DNA from: an uncultured Gammaproteobacteria bacterium
GTDB taxonomy: Bacteria > Patescibacteriota > Microgenomatia > UBA8517
Direction of reading: 5' to 3'
Assembly (NCBI GenBank): GCA_964488535.1
Contig: CAZAUT010000003.1
Span: 2,232 to 66,231 of the forward strand
DNA length: 64,000 bases
Below are positions 1 through 9,881 of this stretch, piece by piece (positions within the stretch are counted from its first letter, which is position 1; every line of letters starts with the position of its first letter). The notes below the pieces were generated by a model that saw only the letters and a list, made by a program, of their open reading frames with translations, had not been told where the DNA came from and made no database searches. The position numbers and the translations under genes are program-made.

Positions 1-20
1 CAAATAAAAAGCAAAACATT

Positions 21-335
21 ATGTCCCCTTTACTTGAAAAAGAAACAAATATTGGAAAACTGTATTTTAATAAATTCTTAAGATACGGAAAAAACATTAT
101 CTATGACTCACCAAGGAAAAACCACAGCGTAATCGCATCCGAGCATGGTGGAGAAGTCTACGTCGATGACGGTGGTTATATAGAACCATTTGGTAAATTT
201 CCATATAACGAAAATAAAATTATATTTACATCTACCACAGAGACCTGTTACATCAAAGGTGATAAAAAGGAACAAAGAAGAATAACCAAAATTACGGCAA
301 AAGAAATTTTAGGTGAAGATAAAGTAGCGGATTAA
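21..335 (+). CDS. hypothetical protein, paralogue of 9882..10286
   Basis: ORF of 104 aa. It shares GG(Y/W)(I/L)EP, TCx(I/L)KG..KE and a C-terminal EILGEDKVA motif with ORF 9882..10286. No recognised domain. Confidence 0.4.
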   Translation: MSPLLEKETNIGKLYFNKFLRYGKNIIYDSPRKNHSVIASEHGGEVYVDDGGYIEPFGKFPYNENKIIFTSTTETCYIKGDKKEQRRITKITAKEILGEDKVAD

Positions 336-353
336 AATTCAAGAACCTGAAAG

Positions 354-611
354 GTGGTGAAAATTATGAGTAAGGAAAGTGGATTATTAACATACAAACA
401 AGTGCTTAATCCAAAAGGCTGTGGAGCAGGAACTGAAAATGCTTGTTTTGCAATCACTAGTGGCATAAAAGGATTTGAATGCATGTTGATCACATGTCCA
501 CAAATGGCACAACTTGCAGGAATATCACTGGGATGGCGGGTAAATGTAGATCAGCAGGATAATAAAGTTTGGTGTCCTTTAGGAGTATTGGATAATTCAA
601 AAACCGAGTAA
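354..611 (+). CDS. small Cys-rich hypothetical protein
   Basis: ORF of 85 aa with several Cys residues and no recognisable family. It follows ORF 21..335 directly on the same strand. Confidence 0.3.
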   Translation: MVKIMSKESGLLTYKQVLNPKGCGAGTENACFAITSGIKGFECMLITCPQMAQLAGISLGWRVNVDQQDNKVWCPLGVLDNSKTE

Positions 612-641
612 AAAAATATGAAACGCGCGTTTCAAAAAAAA

Positions 642-1442
642 TTACTTCACAAATGGTACAAAATGAAATGTTCCAAATTCCTCCCTTGCCCTACGAAGCC
701 TTGGCGAAGTGGGGTTATTTATATCACTAACTGTTAAGCCACGTTTTTTCGTAATTCGAACCATCGTCTTATCCCTTCCTTTTCCCAACGGAGCCACAAG
801 TACTCCCCCGACTTTCAATTGTTTAAATAATTCCTCCGGTACATTTTCAACCCCGGCAGTTATAATTATCGCGTCGTACAGAGAGTGTTCTTTCCACCCC
901 CACTCCCCGCTTCCCGTTCTTACAAATACATTCCTATACCCCAACCTTGAAAGGTTGTTCCCTGCAAGGTGTGAGAGTTCGGAAATAATTTCCACCGTAT
1001 AGACCTTGTTAAAAAAGTACGACAGCACCGCTGCCTGATATCCGCTTCCCGTCCCAATCTCTAAAACACATGTATTACGTATAAAGTATTTTGTATTAAG
1101 TATTTCTTTATCTCTTTCATATATTTGAGTTATTCGTTTCAGTTTTGCGTTTGTAATTTGGAGATTCTTTCGGATTTCGGATTTCGAATTTCGAATTTCC
1201 GTTGCAAGTTGTGTCATCTTTGCAACGGTGTACGGTTGACTCATCGTCTGTCCGTATCCAATATCAACGGGGTAATCATCGTAGGCGATATTCCAGTACT
1301 TCTTCGGAACAAACTCGTGCCGGGGAACTTGAAGCATTACATCTAAGACGCGTTCATCTTTGAAGCCATATTTTTTCCGAATGGTTTTTACCATCTGACA
1401 ACGTCTATCCTTATAAGGATTGTGTCTGTTGTTTTCTGTCAT
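642..1442 (-). CDS. pcm: protein-L-isoaspartate O-methyltransferase, carrying in-frame repeat insertions
   Basis: Motifs GYGQTMSQP, VLEIGTGSGYQAAVL, YDAIIITAG and LKVGGVLVAP. It contains a tandem SKSEIRNSKSEIRK segment and a palindromic-element insertion near the C-terminus. Confidence 0.8.
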   Translation of the reverse strand: MTENNRHNPYKDRRCQMVKTIRKKYGFKDERVLDVMLQVPRHEFVPKKYWNIAYDDYPVDIGYGQTMSQPYTVAKMTQLATEIRNSKSEIRKNLQITNAKLKRITQIYERDKEILNTKYFIRNTCVLEIGTGSGYQAAVLSYFFNKVYTVEIISELSHLAGNNLSRLGYRNVFVRTGSGEWGWKEHSLYDAIIITAGVENVPEELFKQLKVGGVLVAPLGKGRDKTMVRITKKRGLTVSDINNPTSPRLRRAREEFGTFHFVPFVK

Positions 1443-1568
1443 CCCAAATCCAGTTCAGGATCTAACATAGGAATGAAGATTCTGAAACAAGTTCAAAATA
1501 ACACTGACCATTTCAAAAAACAACCCCCTTCACTCCTATATACTATATGCAATCTACTATATACTAAT

Positions 1569-1904
1569 TTACACTTTCTTCACAAACATCCGGACATATT
1601 TACCCAAAAACGGAACTTCATATTCTTGCCCTTGCCATGCTTTGTATACCAGCATAAGCCACAGGACAAAAGCCATAATTCCCAAAAGCCCGCTTAAGGG
1701 AATAAGTATGATTGTAATTCCCAATACCCACTGCAAAACAAAGATTGCTCCGAACACCACTATCGACTGCATTGCGTGAAATTTGACAAAAGGATCCTTT
1801 TCCACAAGCAAAAAGAATACTCCCGAAACAGGACCCAAAACATACGATAGTGCTGCTGCTGTATTTTTCGGAAGACCCGTTAAACTCTTTTTCTCATCTG
1901 CCAT
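1569..1904 (-). CDS. DUF4870-family small membrane protein
   Basis: 111 aa with two or three TM segments and an HAMQS motif typical of the DUF4870 / YvlC-like family. Confidence 0.55.
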   Translation of the reverse strand: MADEKKSLTGLPKNTAAALSYVLGPVSGVFFLLVEKDPFVKFHAMQSIVVFGAIFVLQWVLGITIILIPLSGLLGIMAFVLWLMLVYKAWQGQEYEVPFLGKYVRMFVKKV

Positions 1905-1919
1905 AAATTTTCACCACCA

Positions 1920-2010
1920 ATCTAAGAGTAAAAGAGCAGGAGAGCGGGAGAGCAGGAGTTTTTTTAACTTTTTACTTCTACTCTTCTACTCTTCCACTCT
2001 TCTACTCTAA
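1920..2010. repeat. GA-rich / TC-rich inverted repeat (gagagcgggagagcagg ... ctcttctactcttccactc), long hairpin
   Basis: The sequence shows an arm of G/A heptamer repeats, a T-run, then the complementary C/T-rich arm. The same motif family recurs at 10595-10640, 12475-12530, 21540-21650, 55720-55775 and 63470-63540. Confidence 0.6.
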
Positions 2011-2972
2011 TACATCTCTATTACAAAAAATAAGAAGTATATCCCCAAAAGTACTCCCGCCTCCCACCTGTCCAAACGTCTTTTTGAATGGACAAATAAA
2101 TAAAAAAGAAGAAAAACCGCAACAAAGGCAACGGCAGGAATAAGGTAACTCCGTCCGGAAAGCGAATTTATTGGATTTATAACAGCAGAAAGACCAATAA
2201 CCAAAGTCGTGTTAGCAACGATAGATCCCATCAGATTGCCTATAAACATCGAGGACTCTTTGTCTTTCAGTGATTGCAGGGAAAACGCAAATTCGGGCAG
2301 TGAAGTGCCGACAGCGAGTATGAATAATCCGATTATAAATATCGGAATGTTGGAGCGTTCTCCCAAAACCGAAGAAAATTTAACAATCGTATCGGCGGAA
2401 AAAAGCATTAAAGAGATTCCGATAAAAACATTTGCCAAACTCTTCCATTTATCCTCCGAAATGTGGCGGATTTTTCTGATAAATTTTGTAAAGGACAACC
2501 CCATTTCGTATTCTTTTACCGCCTGCTCACCGAAACCTCTAAAAAAGCTTATCGTATAGGCTCCATAAACAAGAAGCAGGATAAATCCGTCAATCCGTGT
2601 CAGTTTACCGTCAAAAAGCAGAATGTAAGGTAAAATACCGCAGACGAAACTTATTCCGGCAATTTTCTTAACAACGGCATCCGAGATATAAACCCGCCCT
2701 GTTATCAGTGCAGCACCTGCTCCGATAAGGGCTATGTTGGCAATATTGGAACCCAACGGAACACCAAGGGATAATCCAGATTTTCCGCTTGCTGAAGAGG
2801 TAACTCCCATAAACAGTTCCGGAAATGAAGTTCCGATGGCGATAATAACAGCAGAAAAACCGACTATACTGCTTCGGTTTATGAGCTTTCTTAACGAAAT
2901 CACGGTCAGATCTGCCGATTTGATCAGCAAAATCGAAAATATAATAACCAATATCAAAAGTAAAAATGACAT
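2007..2972 (-). CDS. Na+/Ca2+ exchanger (CaCA family, YrbG-like)
   Basis: About 10 TM segments and duplicated alpha-repeat motifs GTSFPE and GTSLPE. Confidence 0.8.
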   Translation of the reverse strand: MSFLLLILVIIFSILLIKSADLTVISLRKLINRSSIVGFSAVIIAIGTSFPELFMGVTSSASGKSGLSLGVPLGSNIANIALIGAGAALITGRVYISDAVVKKIAGISFVCGILPYILLFDGKLTRIDGFILLLVYGAYTISFFRGFGEQAVKEYEMGLSFTKFIRKIRHISEDKWKSLANVFIGISLMLFSADTIVKFSSVLGERSNIPIFIIGLFILAVGTSLPEFAFSLQSLKDKESSMFIGNLMGSIVANTTLVIGLSAVINPINSLSGRSYLIPAVAFVAVFLLFYLFVHSKRRLDRWEAGVLLGIYFLFFVIEMY

Positions 2973-2989
2973 AACCTTATAAATTGCTA

Positions 2990-3262
2990 AATTGTTAAAT
3001 GGTTAAATTGTTATTTAGTCAATAAAATATTTTCTATTTTCTGATTTTCCATTTTCTATTACAAATCTCTATTTTTCCTCAACAAGTTTCCATTTCCTGT
3101 TTTTTCTCCTAATATCCTAGTATCGTAATATCCTAATATCTTTTTTATTTTCCTATTCTACTTATTCTACTTTATCTACTTATTCTACTTTTTCTCCTAA
3201 GCACTTGATCACTTCCTATTTTTTCTCCTAATATCCTAGTATCATAATATCTTAATATCATC
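2990..3262. repeat. intergenic period ~8 tandem-repeat array (cctaatat / ctattttc / tacttattc families)
   Basis: Direct reading shows degenerate tandem units such as tcctaatatcctagtatcgtaatatcc and ttctacttattctactttatctac. Confidence 0.6.
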
Positions 3263-3263
3263 C

Positions 3264-5741
3264 TCAATACTCTCTCTCATGAAACACATCATGCCGGAAG
3301 GCAATTTTCGACAATTCTATTGTAACAAACATAACACCCGAAGAAAGAAAAATTACAACCCACTGTTCAATATTAAGGGGTGTAAGCCTGAAGAAATTTC
3401 TGGAAAACGGAATTGTAAAAGGCAGTATCTGGAAAGCTAAACCTGCAAAAACAGCCAGATTTAGCCATTTATTGTCAAAAGGATTTTCCGTCCAAAAAGG
3501 ATCCTTTAAAGTTCTGATGGAGAAAACATACACAAGAGAATTCACACCAAGTGCAGCAAAGGCAACCGATCTTGCCAAAGTCTCATCTCCCCCGCTTGTG
3601 TTCAGATAATAGCGGAACAGGAAAAGAGCAATAAGCCCGCCGGATAACGAAACGATTAAAATCAGCGCTTTCATCCATTTGTTTATAATTCCGACCCCGG
3701 GTTTCAAAGGTGGCCGTAACATGACGTTTTTGGCTTTCGGATCGATGGTTAAAGCCAAATGAGGAAAGCCGTCGGATACAATATTAATCCATAATATCTG
3801 GACGGCCGATACAGGCAAAGGCAAGAAAAGAATTATTGAGCCTACAACCGCGATTATCTCCTCAAAAGAATCAGACAGCAGATACAAAATAATTTTTCTT
3901 ATGTTGTCAAAAATACCCCGTCCTTCACGGATTGCAGAAATAATTGTTGAAAAACTGGAGTCAAGAAGTATAAGATCCGCTGACTCTTTCGCAACGTCGG
4001 TCGCTTCGCCTACCACAACTCCAATATCGGCTTTGTGAAGAGCTGGTGCATCATTTACTCCATCTCCCATCATAGCAATAATCTCATTATTCAATTTTAA
4101 TGCGTTTATTACCTTTAATTTTTGCTGCGGTTTTGTACGTGCAAATATGATAGGTGTTGCGTCTACTTCAAATAGTTTTTTAATTTTTACGGCAACTTCC
4201 GCGTCTGACATCTCCTCAAGCTCGTGTCCTAAAAACATTCTCTCTTTGGCAACATCCATTCCAAGTTCGTTCATCACCATCCGCGCAGTATCTGCATAGT
4301 CACCCGTAATTAATATTGTCTTAATCCCCGCAGTCTTTGTTTTTTCAAATACATCTCCAATATTTTTCCTGACAGGATCGGTAAAAACCAGAAGTCCGAC
4401 CCATGTTAATCCGCCCTTAACATCATGTTCGGATATTTTTTTCCTCTCTTCAGTGAAACCTTTTTTTGCCATTCCGATAACGCGATATCCTTCTTTCGTT
4501 TTCTCCTTTATCGTATCTCGTATCTCGTCTTGAGTATCACGTTTAAGTGTTGACCACTCCAACAAATGTTCCGGCGCTCCGTTAACGAAAAGCTCCTCTT
4601 TCTGTCTTTTATGTTTAACTAACGTTGCATAAAATCTGTTTTGGGGAGTAAAGGGAATGGAATCTACTATCGTACAATATTTATAGAAATCTTTCTCGTC
4701 TTTATCAAAATGAACAGAGTGTTTTTTCAGCCAATTTCTTGCAGCAACCATAATGGGATCATCGGGTGTCGCGAAATGTTGGTAGCAAACTTCCTCAACA
4801 TCCCCGATTTCTTCGACCACTTTTAATTTTCCGTAAGTCAAAGTTCCCGTTTTATCAACACAGATCGTTGTCACCGAACCTAATGTCTCTGCTGACAGAA
4901 GGTCTTTTACGAGTCCTTTTCTTTTTAATATTTTTTGCATCCCAACCGCCAAAACAACCGTCAGAGCAATTAAGAGTCCCTCAGGGATGGAAGAAACCGC
5001 AAGGGCGACTGAAGTTGTAAATATTTCTCTTTTATCCATTCCGGTCAATAGTCCGATGACAAATACAAAAACAGTTAGAAATACCACCAATACCGTAAGC
5101 TGTCTGCTGAAAGCTTTCAACTGCTTAGTAAGCGGAGTGTCTTCATCGGGTTTTTGGATTTGCTCCGCAATCTTCCCCATTTCGGTCAACCCTCCTGTTT
5201 TTGTAACCTCATAAACCGCCTCTCCTGAAGAAACAATTGTTCCCATATAAATGTCGTCGCCGGTATCTTTTTCTACTGGAACGGATTCGCCTGTAAGCAT
5301 CGCCTCTTCCAAAAAGAGACGGTTCGCACGGATAAGTTTTCCGTCAGCGGGAACTTTCTCGCCCTGTTCAAGATCGACAATGTCTCCAGGTACGATGAAT
5401 TTAGTCTCAATTCTCTTTTTTATTCCTCCTCTTACAACTTCAGCAGTCTGCGTTATCATACTTCTCAACGACATCAAAGCGTTATTAGCCTTTTTTTCCT
5501 GAACATATCCGAGGGTGGAGTTGACAATTACCACAAAAAATATAATTGCCGTATCCGACAGTTCTTTCAAAAAGAAAGTAACTGTTCCGGCTGCCAAAAG
5601 AACATAAACAAGAGGGTTTTTGAATTGTGATAAAAATATCGCCAAAGAAGTCGGCGGTGCTTTTTCGGGAAGGGTGTTATACCCGTATTTGGTCAATCGC
5701 TCATTTGCTTCTTTTTCCGTCAATCCAATAACATTTTCCAT
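3264..5741 (-). CDS. cation-transporting P-type ATPase (Ca2+ type, PacL/SERCA-like)
   Basis: Motifs ICVDKTGTLT (phosphorylation site), TGD, MMGDGVNDAPAL, and about 10 TM segments. It is adjacent to the CaCA exchanger. Confidence 0.85.
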   Translation of the reverse strand: MENVIGLTEKEANERLTKYGYNTLPEKAPPTSLAIFLSQFKNPLVYVLLAAGTVTFFLKELSDTAIIFFVVIVNSTLGYVQEKKANNALMSLRSMITQTAEVVRGGIKKRIETKFIVPGDIVDLEQGEKVPADGKLIRANRLFLEEAMLTGESVPVEKDTGDDIYMGTIVSSGEAVYEVTKTGGLTEMGKIAEQIQKPDEDTPLTKQLKAFSRQLTVLVVFLTVFVFVIGLLTGMDKREIFTTSVALAVSSIPEGLLIALTVVLAVGMQKILKRKGLVKDLLSAETLGSVTTICVDKTGTLTYGKLKVVEEIGDVEEVCYQHFATPDDPIMVAARNWLKKHSVHFDKDEKDFYKYCTIVDSIPFTPQNRFYATLVKHKRQKEELFVNGAPEHLLEWSTLKRDTQDEIRDTIKEKTKEGYRVIGMAKKGFTEERKKISEHDVKGGLTWVGLLVFTDPVRKNIGDVFEKTKTAGIKTILITGDYADTARMVMNELGMDVAKERMFLGHELEEMSDAEVAVKIKKLFEVDATPIIFARTKPQQKLKVINALKLNNEIIAMMGDGVNDAPALHKADIGVVVGEATDVAKESADLILLDSSFSTIISAIREGRGIFDNIRKIILYLLSDSFEEIIAVVGSIILFLPLPVSAVQILWINIVSDGFPHLALTIDPKAKNVMLRPPLKPGVGIINKWMKALILIVSLSGGLIALFLFRYYLNTSGGDETLARSVAFAALGVNSLVYVFSIRTLKDPFWTENPFDNKWLNLAVFAGLAFQILPFTIPFSRNFFRLTPLNIEQWVVIFLSSGVMFVTIELSKIAFRHDVFHEREY

Positions 5742-6037
5742 CCCTTTAATCCTAACACAAAACCTGTTTGTCTTTATGGCTATATTGTTACGTTGCTATA
5801 TGGCTATATTGCTAACACACATTTTCCATTTCATGATTTTCAATTTACTATTTTTTCCTAATATCTTTATATCCTAATATCGTAATATCTTTTTCTCTTT
5901 TCCCGATGATACTTAATACTTTATACATGATACGTTATACATTATACGTAATACATTTTCTCCCCATATACCATATACAACATACAATATACTCGTCATC
6001 TTATTATCTTTATATCTTTGTATCTTTATATCTTTTC
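5742..6037. repeat. intergenic tandem-repeat array (ggctatattg, cctaatatc, tatacgt/tatacat families)
   Basis: Sequence such as tggctatattgttacgttgctatatggctatattgctaac and tacgttatacattatacgtaatacat. Confidence 0.6.
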
Positions 6038-7870
6038 CTATCTCCCCTGAAGCCCGAAAAGCATCTTTATTTCCTGAAGCGTTGTCGCTTCCTTTACGCT
6101 TTTATCTTCTCTAAACTTAACAAGTCTCGGAAAGCGAAGGGCATATCCGCTTGTGTGAATCGGGCTTTTGGTCAAGTCATCTCCCGCAAGCTCAACCACA
6201 AACTTTGGCTCAACCCAAAAATCGGGAGTGTAGTTTTTGTGCGCCTCATACTCTTTCGGCTTTTCTCTTACTTCTAATCGCTTAAGCCTTATTGCTAACT
6301 CTCTAAATTCTTCATCCGTTAAGCCCGTTCCTATTTTGGTTAAAGTTAATATCCTCCCCTCGCCCACCGTAGCCTTGCGCGAAGGCGGGTCAACAACTCC
6401 CACCAAAAATTGTCCTAAACCGAACGACGCCCTTTTACCTTTGCCGACGGTATAGCCCATGACTACGCAGTCAACCGTATCCGAAAGTTTTCCCACCGCT
6501 TCCTCTCCCTGCTTCATTTTTACCCACCGCCAGCCGGTCCGTCCCGAAACATATTTGCTATCATACTTCTTGATAAATATTCCTTCCAAGCCATCTTTGA
6601 TTTTTTTTCTGTATTCGTTATTTATAACTTCAGGATCTTCAGTCACTACCATCGCGTCAACAACCAATAAATTATTTTCCTTGGAAATTATATTCTCTAA
6701 AAGTTTTCTTCTTTTATAATACGGCTCGTTCATCATATTTTTTCCGTCGCAATACAAAACATCAAATACCTGAAAGCTTAAAGGCACTGCTTCGCAGGTA
6801 ACAGAAATCTGATGCACCCTCCTTCTTTTCATCGTCGTCTGGAAATCGGCAAATTTTTTCATTTCGGGATCCATCCCAACGGCTTCGGAATCGAGAATTA
6901 CTTCGCTGCAATTTACATATTTCCCGATTTCCGAAAGTTCCGGAAACATCTCCGTCACATCATTTGAGTTTCTGGTAAATGCTTTTATAAATACATTAGT
7001 TTGTTCGTGATTCGCATGCTTCGTTTCTTCGTTGTTTTGAATTTTTAATTTTTGTTTTGAGTTTTGAGTTTTAAGTTTTGAGCTTTTATAGTGGATTAAA
7101 ACACGAAGTCCGTCAAACTTCGGCTCGATTGCCACTTTACCCATTTTTTCGATCATTTCGGCAGGTGACTTTATCCTTTGTCCGAGCATCGGAAGAACCG
7201 GAACTCCGACAACGGGGGTTACGTTTTTACACGTCTCGTCAATTCCCCTGAGCTTTACACTTTTAGCTAATAGCCCTACATCCGGTAAAATATTGTAGGC
7301 CTCTTCTATCTTCTTACTCTCACTCTTCCCCCCCGTTTCCATCCAGGAAAGCGCATCAATGATTGTCTTATCAGAAAAACCCAAACGCAATTTGCCAACA
7401 GGAATTCTTGCCAAATACCGGGCTGAAAGCGGATCAACACTTTTCAATAATTCCGCCAATTTATCAATTTTTCTTTCAACACTTCCCCCACCCTCGTCCA
7501 CCGCAATCTTATAAAGTACATCATATACTTCGTCAACTGAAGAATTTGTTTTCTGCTTTCTGTTTATTGTTTCTTGTGCAAGCAGCTCCGTCACTATTCC
7601 CAAATCTCCTTTTACTTTATATTCCCGTACCACATCCTCCACTTCACTTCCATACGCCTTCGCCACCGCCTGTATCACCAATTTGTCCGCCATATTAAAG
7701 ACAATTCCTTTGTAGTTTGGAGCAAGTCCGCCAAGGGCTAGATAGCAAATTTTGTCTATTTCATCAGGTGAAGATGTTTTAAAAAGTTCCGCCAGTATTC
7801 TCGTGATCTCAAGACGGGAGGGCGTACTTTCAAGTCGTTGAAGAAAAATCGAAAATTGCGAAAAAGTCAT
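6038..7870 (-). CDS. ATP-dependent DNA ligase, carrying in-frame repeat insertions
   Basis: KxDG adenylation motif (IEPKFDGLRV) plus downstream ligase motifs. A low-complexity insertion KLKTQNSKQKLKIQNNEETK is encoded by gttttgag repeats, and a palindromic-element insertion gives DPPSRKATVGEG. Confidence 0.8.
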   Translation of the reverse strand: MTFSQFSIFLQRLESTPSRLEITRILAELFKTSSPDEIDKICYLALGGLAPNYKGIVFNMADKLVIQAVAKAYGSEVEDVVREYKVKGDLGIVTELLAQETINRKQKTNSSVDEVYDVLYKIAVDEGGGSVERKIDKLAELLKSVDPLSARYLARIPVGKLRLGFSDKTIIDALSWMETGGKSESKKIEEAYNILPDVGLLAKSVKLRGIDETCKNVTPVVGVPVLPMLGQRIKSPAEMIEKMGKVAIEPKFDGLRVLIHYKSSKLKTQNSKQKLKIQNNEETKHANHEQTNVFIKAFTRNSNDVTEMFPELSEIGKYVNCSEVILDSEAVGMDPEMKKFADFQTTMKRRRVHQISVTCEAVPLSFQVFDVLYCDGKNMMNEPYYKRRKLLENIISKENNLLVVDAMVVTEDPEVINNEYRKKIKDGLEGIFIKKYDSKYVSGRTGWRWVKMKQGEEAVGKLSDTVDCVVMGYTVGKGKRASFGLGQFLVGVVDPPSRKATVGEGRILTLTKIGTGLTDEEFRELAIRLKRLEVREKPKEYEAHKNYTPDFWVEPKFVVELAGDDLTKSPIHTSGYALRFPRLVKFREDKSVKEATTLQEIKMLFGLQGR

Positions 7871-8057
7871 AAGCTATTATAAATCCTAAATCCTAATTTC
7901 CAAATCCTAAATAATTTTCAAATGTTCAATACAAAATTTTTTAGGATCCTTATATATTTGAATTTAAATATTAGAGTTTGTTTAGAATTTAGAGTTTAGT
8001 GCTTAGAATTTATCTTTGTAACCATCAGCTGAACTAATTCCGATCAGTTGATTTGTA
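7871..8057. repeat. inverted-repeat element of the aaatcctaaat ... tttagaatttag family
   Basis: aaatcctaaatcctaatttccaaatcctaaat and tttgtttagaatttagagtttagtgcttagaattt are reverse complements. The same family sits upstream of nrdR at 47165-47300. Confidence 0.5.
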
Positions 8058-8258
8058 TTATGTATTTATCAAATATGTGGAGAAAAATAGGTATCCGAAA
8101 AATACCATAAGAAAAAAGAGTATCCCGAATGTTAATGTTAAATACCCGTGTTCGTTTCGGTGAATTAGTTTGTTAAGACCGTCGCCAAACATCGTTATTC
8201 CAAATATCGCAGGTAATACCAAAACTATGTACAAAAATTGTGGGTCAGATGGACTCAT
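8058..8258 (-). CDS. small membrane protein, hypothetical
   Basis: 66 aa with two predicted TM helices. Confidence 0.3.
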   Translation of the reverse strand: MSPSDPQFLYIVLVLPAIFGITMFGDGLNKLIHRNEHGYLTLTFGILFFLMVFFGYLFFSTYLINT

Positions 8259-8334
8259 ACCTTAAAAAATAAATACAAATTTCAAATAAATACCAATAAA
8301 TACAAATTACCAATAAATAATTACCCCAAACACA

Positions 8335-8718
8335 CTATCTTTTTCTGGAATTGGAAATAATCCTACTAACTATGGCTACAATTTCTTCCCCTTCTTTAAT
8401 CAAAACACTTATTTTATCTTTAAAGATAATATTTAATTCGTACAAAAGTTTTAACCAATAAACGCTTTCTTTACCCTCTTTTCTTACCGTTGTAAAATTA
8501 TGAACAAAATCTTTCGAGGAAGATACTCCATCGGCTTCCTCGGAATTGGCGCCCATTGAAGTTGAAGACCGCAACAATTGTCCAATAACAATTTTATTTT
8601 CATCCGATTTAGGAAGCGACTTTGTTAATTTAATGACACTGATCACAAACATAAAAATTCGCCTATAAATATTGTATTTTCTGTTTTTAATTGGTAATTG
8701 GTACTTATTGGTGTTCAT
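8335..8718 (-). CDS. four-helix-bundle protein (Avd / 23S rRNA intervening-sequence protein family)
   Basis: GQLLRSSTSMGANSEEA and ESVYWLKLL motifs of the family. The true start is probably the internal Met (MFVISV, near 8652). Confidence 0.65.
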   Translation of the reverse strand: MNTNKYQLPIKNRKYNIYRRIFMFVISVIKLTKSLPKSDENKIVIGQLLRSSTSMGANSEEADGVSSSKDFVHNFTTVRKEGKESVYWLKLLYELNIIFKDKISVLIKEGEEIVAIVSRIISNSRKR

Positions 8719-8734
8719 TGGTATTTATTGGTAT

Positions 8735-9796
8735 TTATTTTGTAATTACATACCTCGCTGCTTTCGTCTTTCCTTCTTTCTTAATAATCTTATTTTCGAT
8801 CAGATAGTTCATGTCACGAAGAACTGTGTCTTCCGATACCATCGGGAAAAGTCTTTTTAGTTCCCCCATTCCGACATATCCGACCTCGCCCATGTGTTCA
8901 ATCAATTTCATCTGCCGTTCAGTAAGAGCGATCTGGTTCCCGATCAAGCCTTTAAGACGGGAATCAACGGAGAGTTTTCTAATTCTTTCTTTTATTTTCG
9001 TTAATTCAATAGCCACCACCTGGGTAAAGTACTCAAGCCACTCCGTCAGATCTTTTTCAAAAACATCACCCTGTTGTGAATCCGTCTTTTCAAAGGCTTC
9101 ATAATAACTTGCAGGGTCGGCGTCAAAATGCTCTTCAAGGGAGAAAAAGCTTTTTATATCATAGTTCTCCCTCATTAATACAAGAGTTGAAAAAGCTCTG
9201 ACTGTCCTTCCATTTCCTTCCACAAAAGGGTGGATAGAAACAAGAATATAATGAACAATTCCCGCCTTCAATATTGGATGTTCCTCCCGTGTATAAGGGC
9301 TATTTAACCATGCAATAAACTGCTCCAAAAGTATCGGCACTCTGGGAAAATTTGGCGGTTGAAAAACAATTTTTCCGCTGCCTTCTTCCTTAATAACAAC
9401 TTCACTTTTTCGCAATATCCCGCTTTTTTCGGGCGCAACAACCTTATCTACCGTTTCTTTGTGAATGTCGGTCAACATCGAAATTTCATACCCCCCCCGT
9501 TTTTCTTTCAGTTCATCCAGGAGTCCGACAACCCTCCTGTAATTTATGACTTCCTGGACATCGCGCTCTCTGGCAAATATCTCTTGTCCCTCCAACACCT
9601 GCCTCGCCTGGTCAATATTAAGGTCGTTTCCCTCCAAATGCGTACCGTGGTGAACGGTCCGCAATATAGCTTCGCTTTTAAATCTCTTTTCGTACAAGGG
9701 AACCAAGGGGGCATTTTCGATAACCTCTTTGGCAGCCTCAATCGCGCCGATGTTTCGAAGAATTTTGTTTGTAATTACAAACTTAGGTTCAAACAT
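8735..9796 (-). CDS. Fic/DOC family protein with C-terminal winged-HTH
   Basis: Canonical Fic motif HPFVEGNGRTVR, and a C-terminal wHTH-like segment. Confidence 0.8.
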   Translation of the reverse strand: MFEPKFVITNKILRNIGAIEAAKEVIENAPLVPLYEKRFKSEAILRTVHHGTHLEGNDLNIDQARQVLEGQEIFARERDVQEVINYRRVVGLLDELKEKRGGYEISMLTDIHKETVDKVVAPEKSGILRKSEVVIKEEGSGKIVFQPPNFPRVPILLEQFIAWLNSPYTREEHPILKAGIVHYILVSIHPFVEGNGRTVRAFSTLVLMRENYDIKSFFSLEEHFDADPASYYEAFEKTDSQQGDVFEKDLTEWLEYFTQVVAIELTKIKERIRKLSVDSRLKGLIGNQIALTERQMKLIEHMGEVGYVGMGELKRLFPMVSEDTVLRDMNYLIENKIIKKEGKTKAARYVITK

Positions 9797-9881
9797 ACCT
9801 TAAGTATTACTCTACTTATATCATATATCAGTATGCGTTTAAAGTGCGGAAAAAACATCTGTTATTGACAATTCCCTATCT

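Noticed and set aside
2990-3262. Short-unit direct repeats that might suggest a CRISPR array (also at 5742-6037, 39654-39767 and 55160-55480)
   Set aside because: The repeat units are 7-10 nt, degenerate and contiguous. There are no 25-40-nt spacers separating conserved 24-40-nt repeats, and no cas genes are present.
4641-5502. Several 60-120-aa ORFs antisense to, or out of frame within, large genes (for example inside the P-type ATPase, ligase, RNRs and PBPs)
   Set aside because: They are embedded in strongly supported long genes on the opposite strand or in another frame, and they carry no motifs. They are typical six-frame artefacts.
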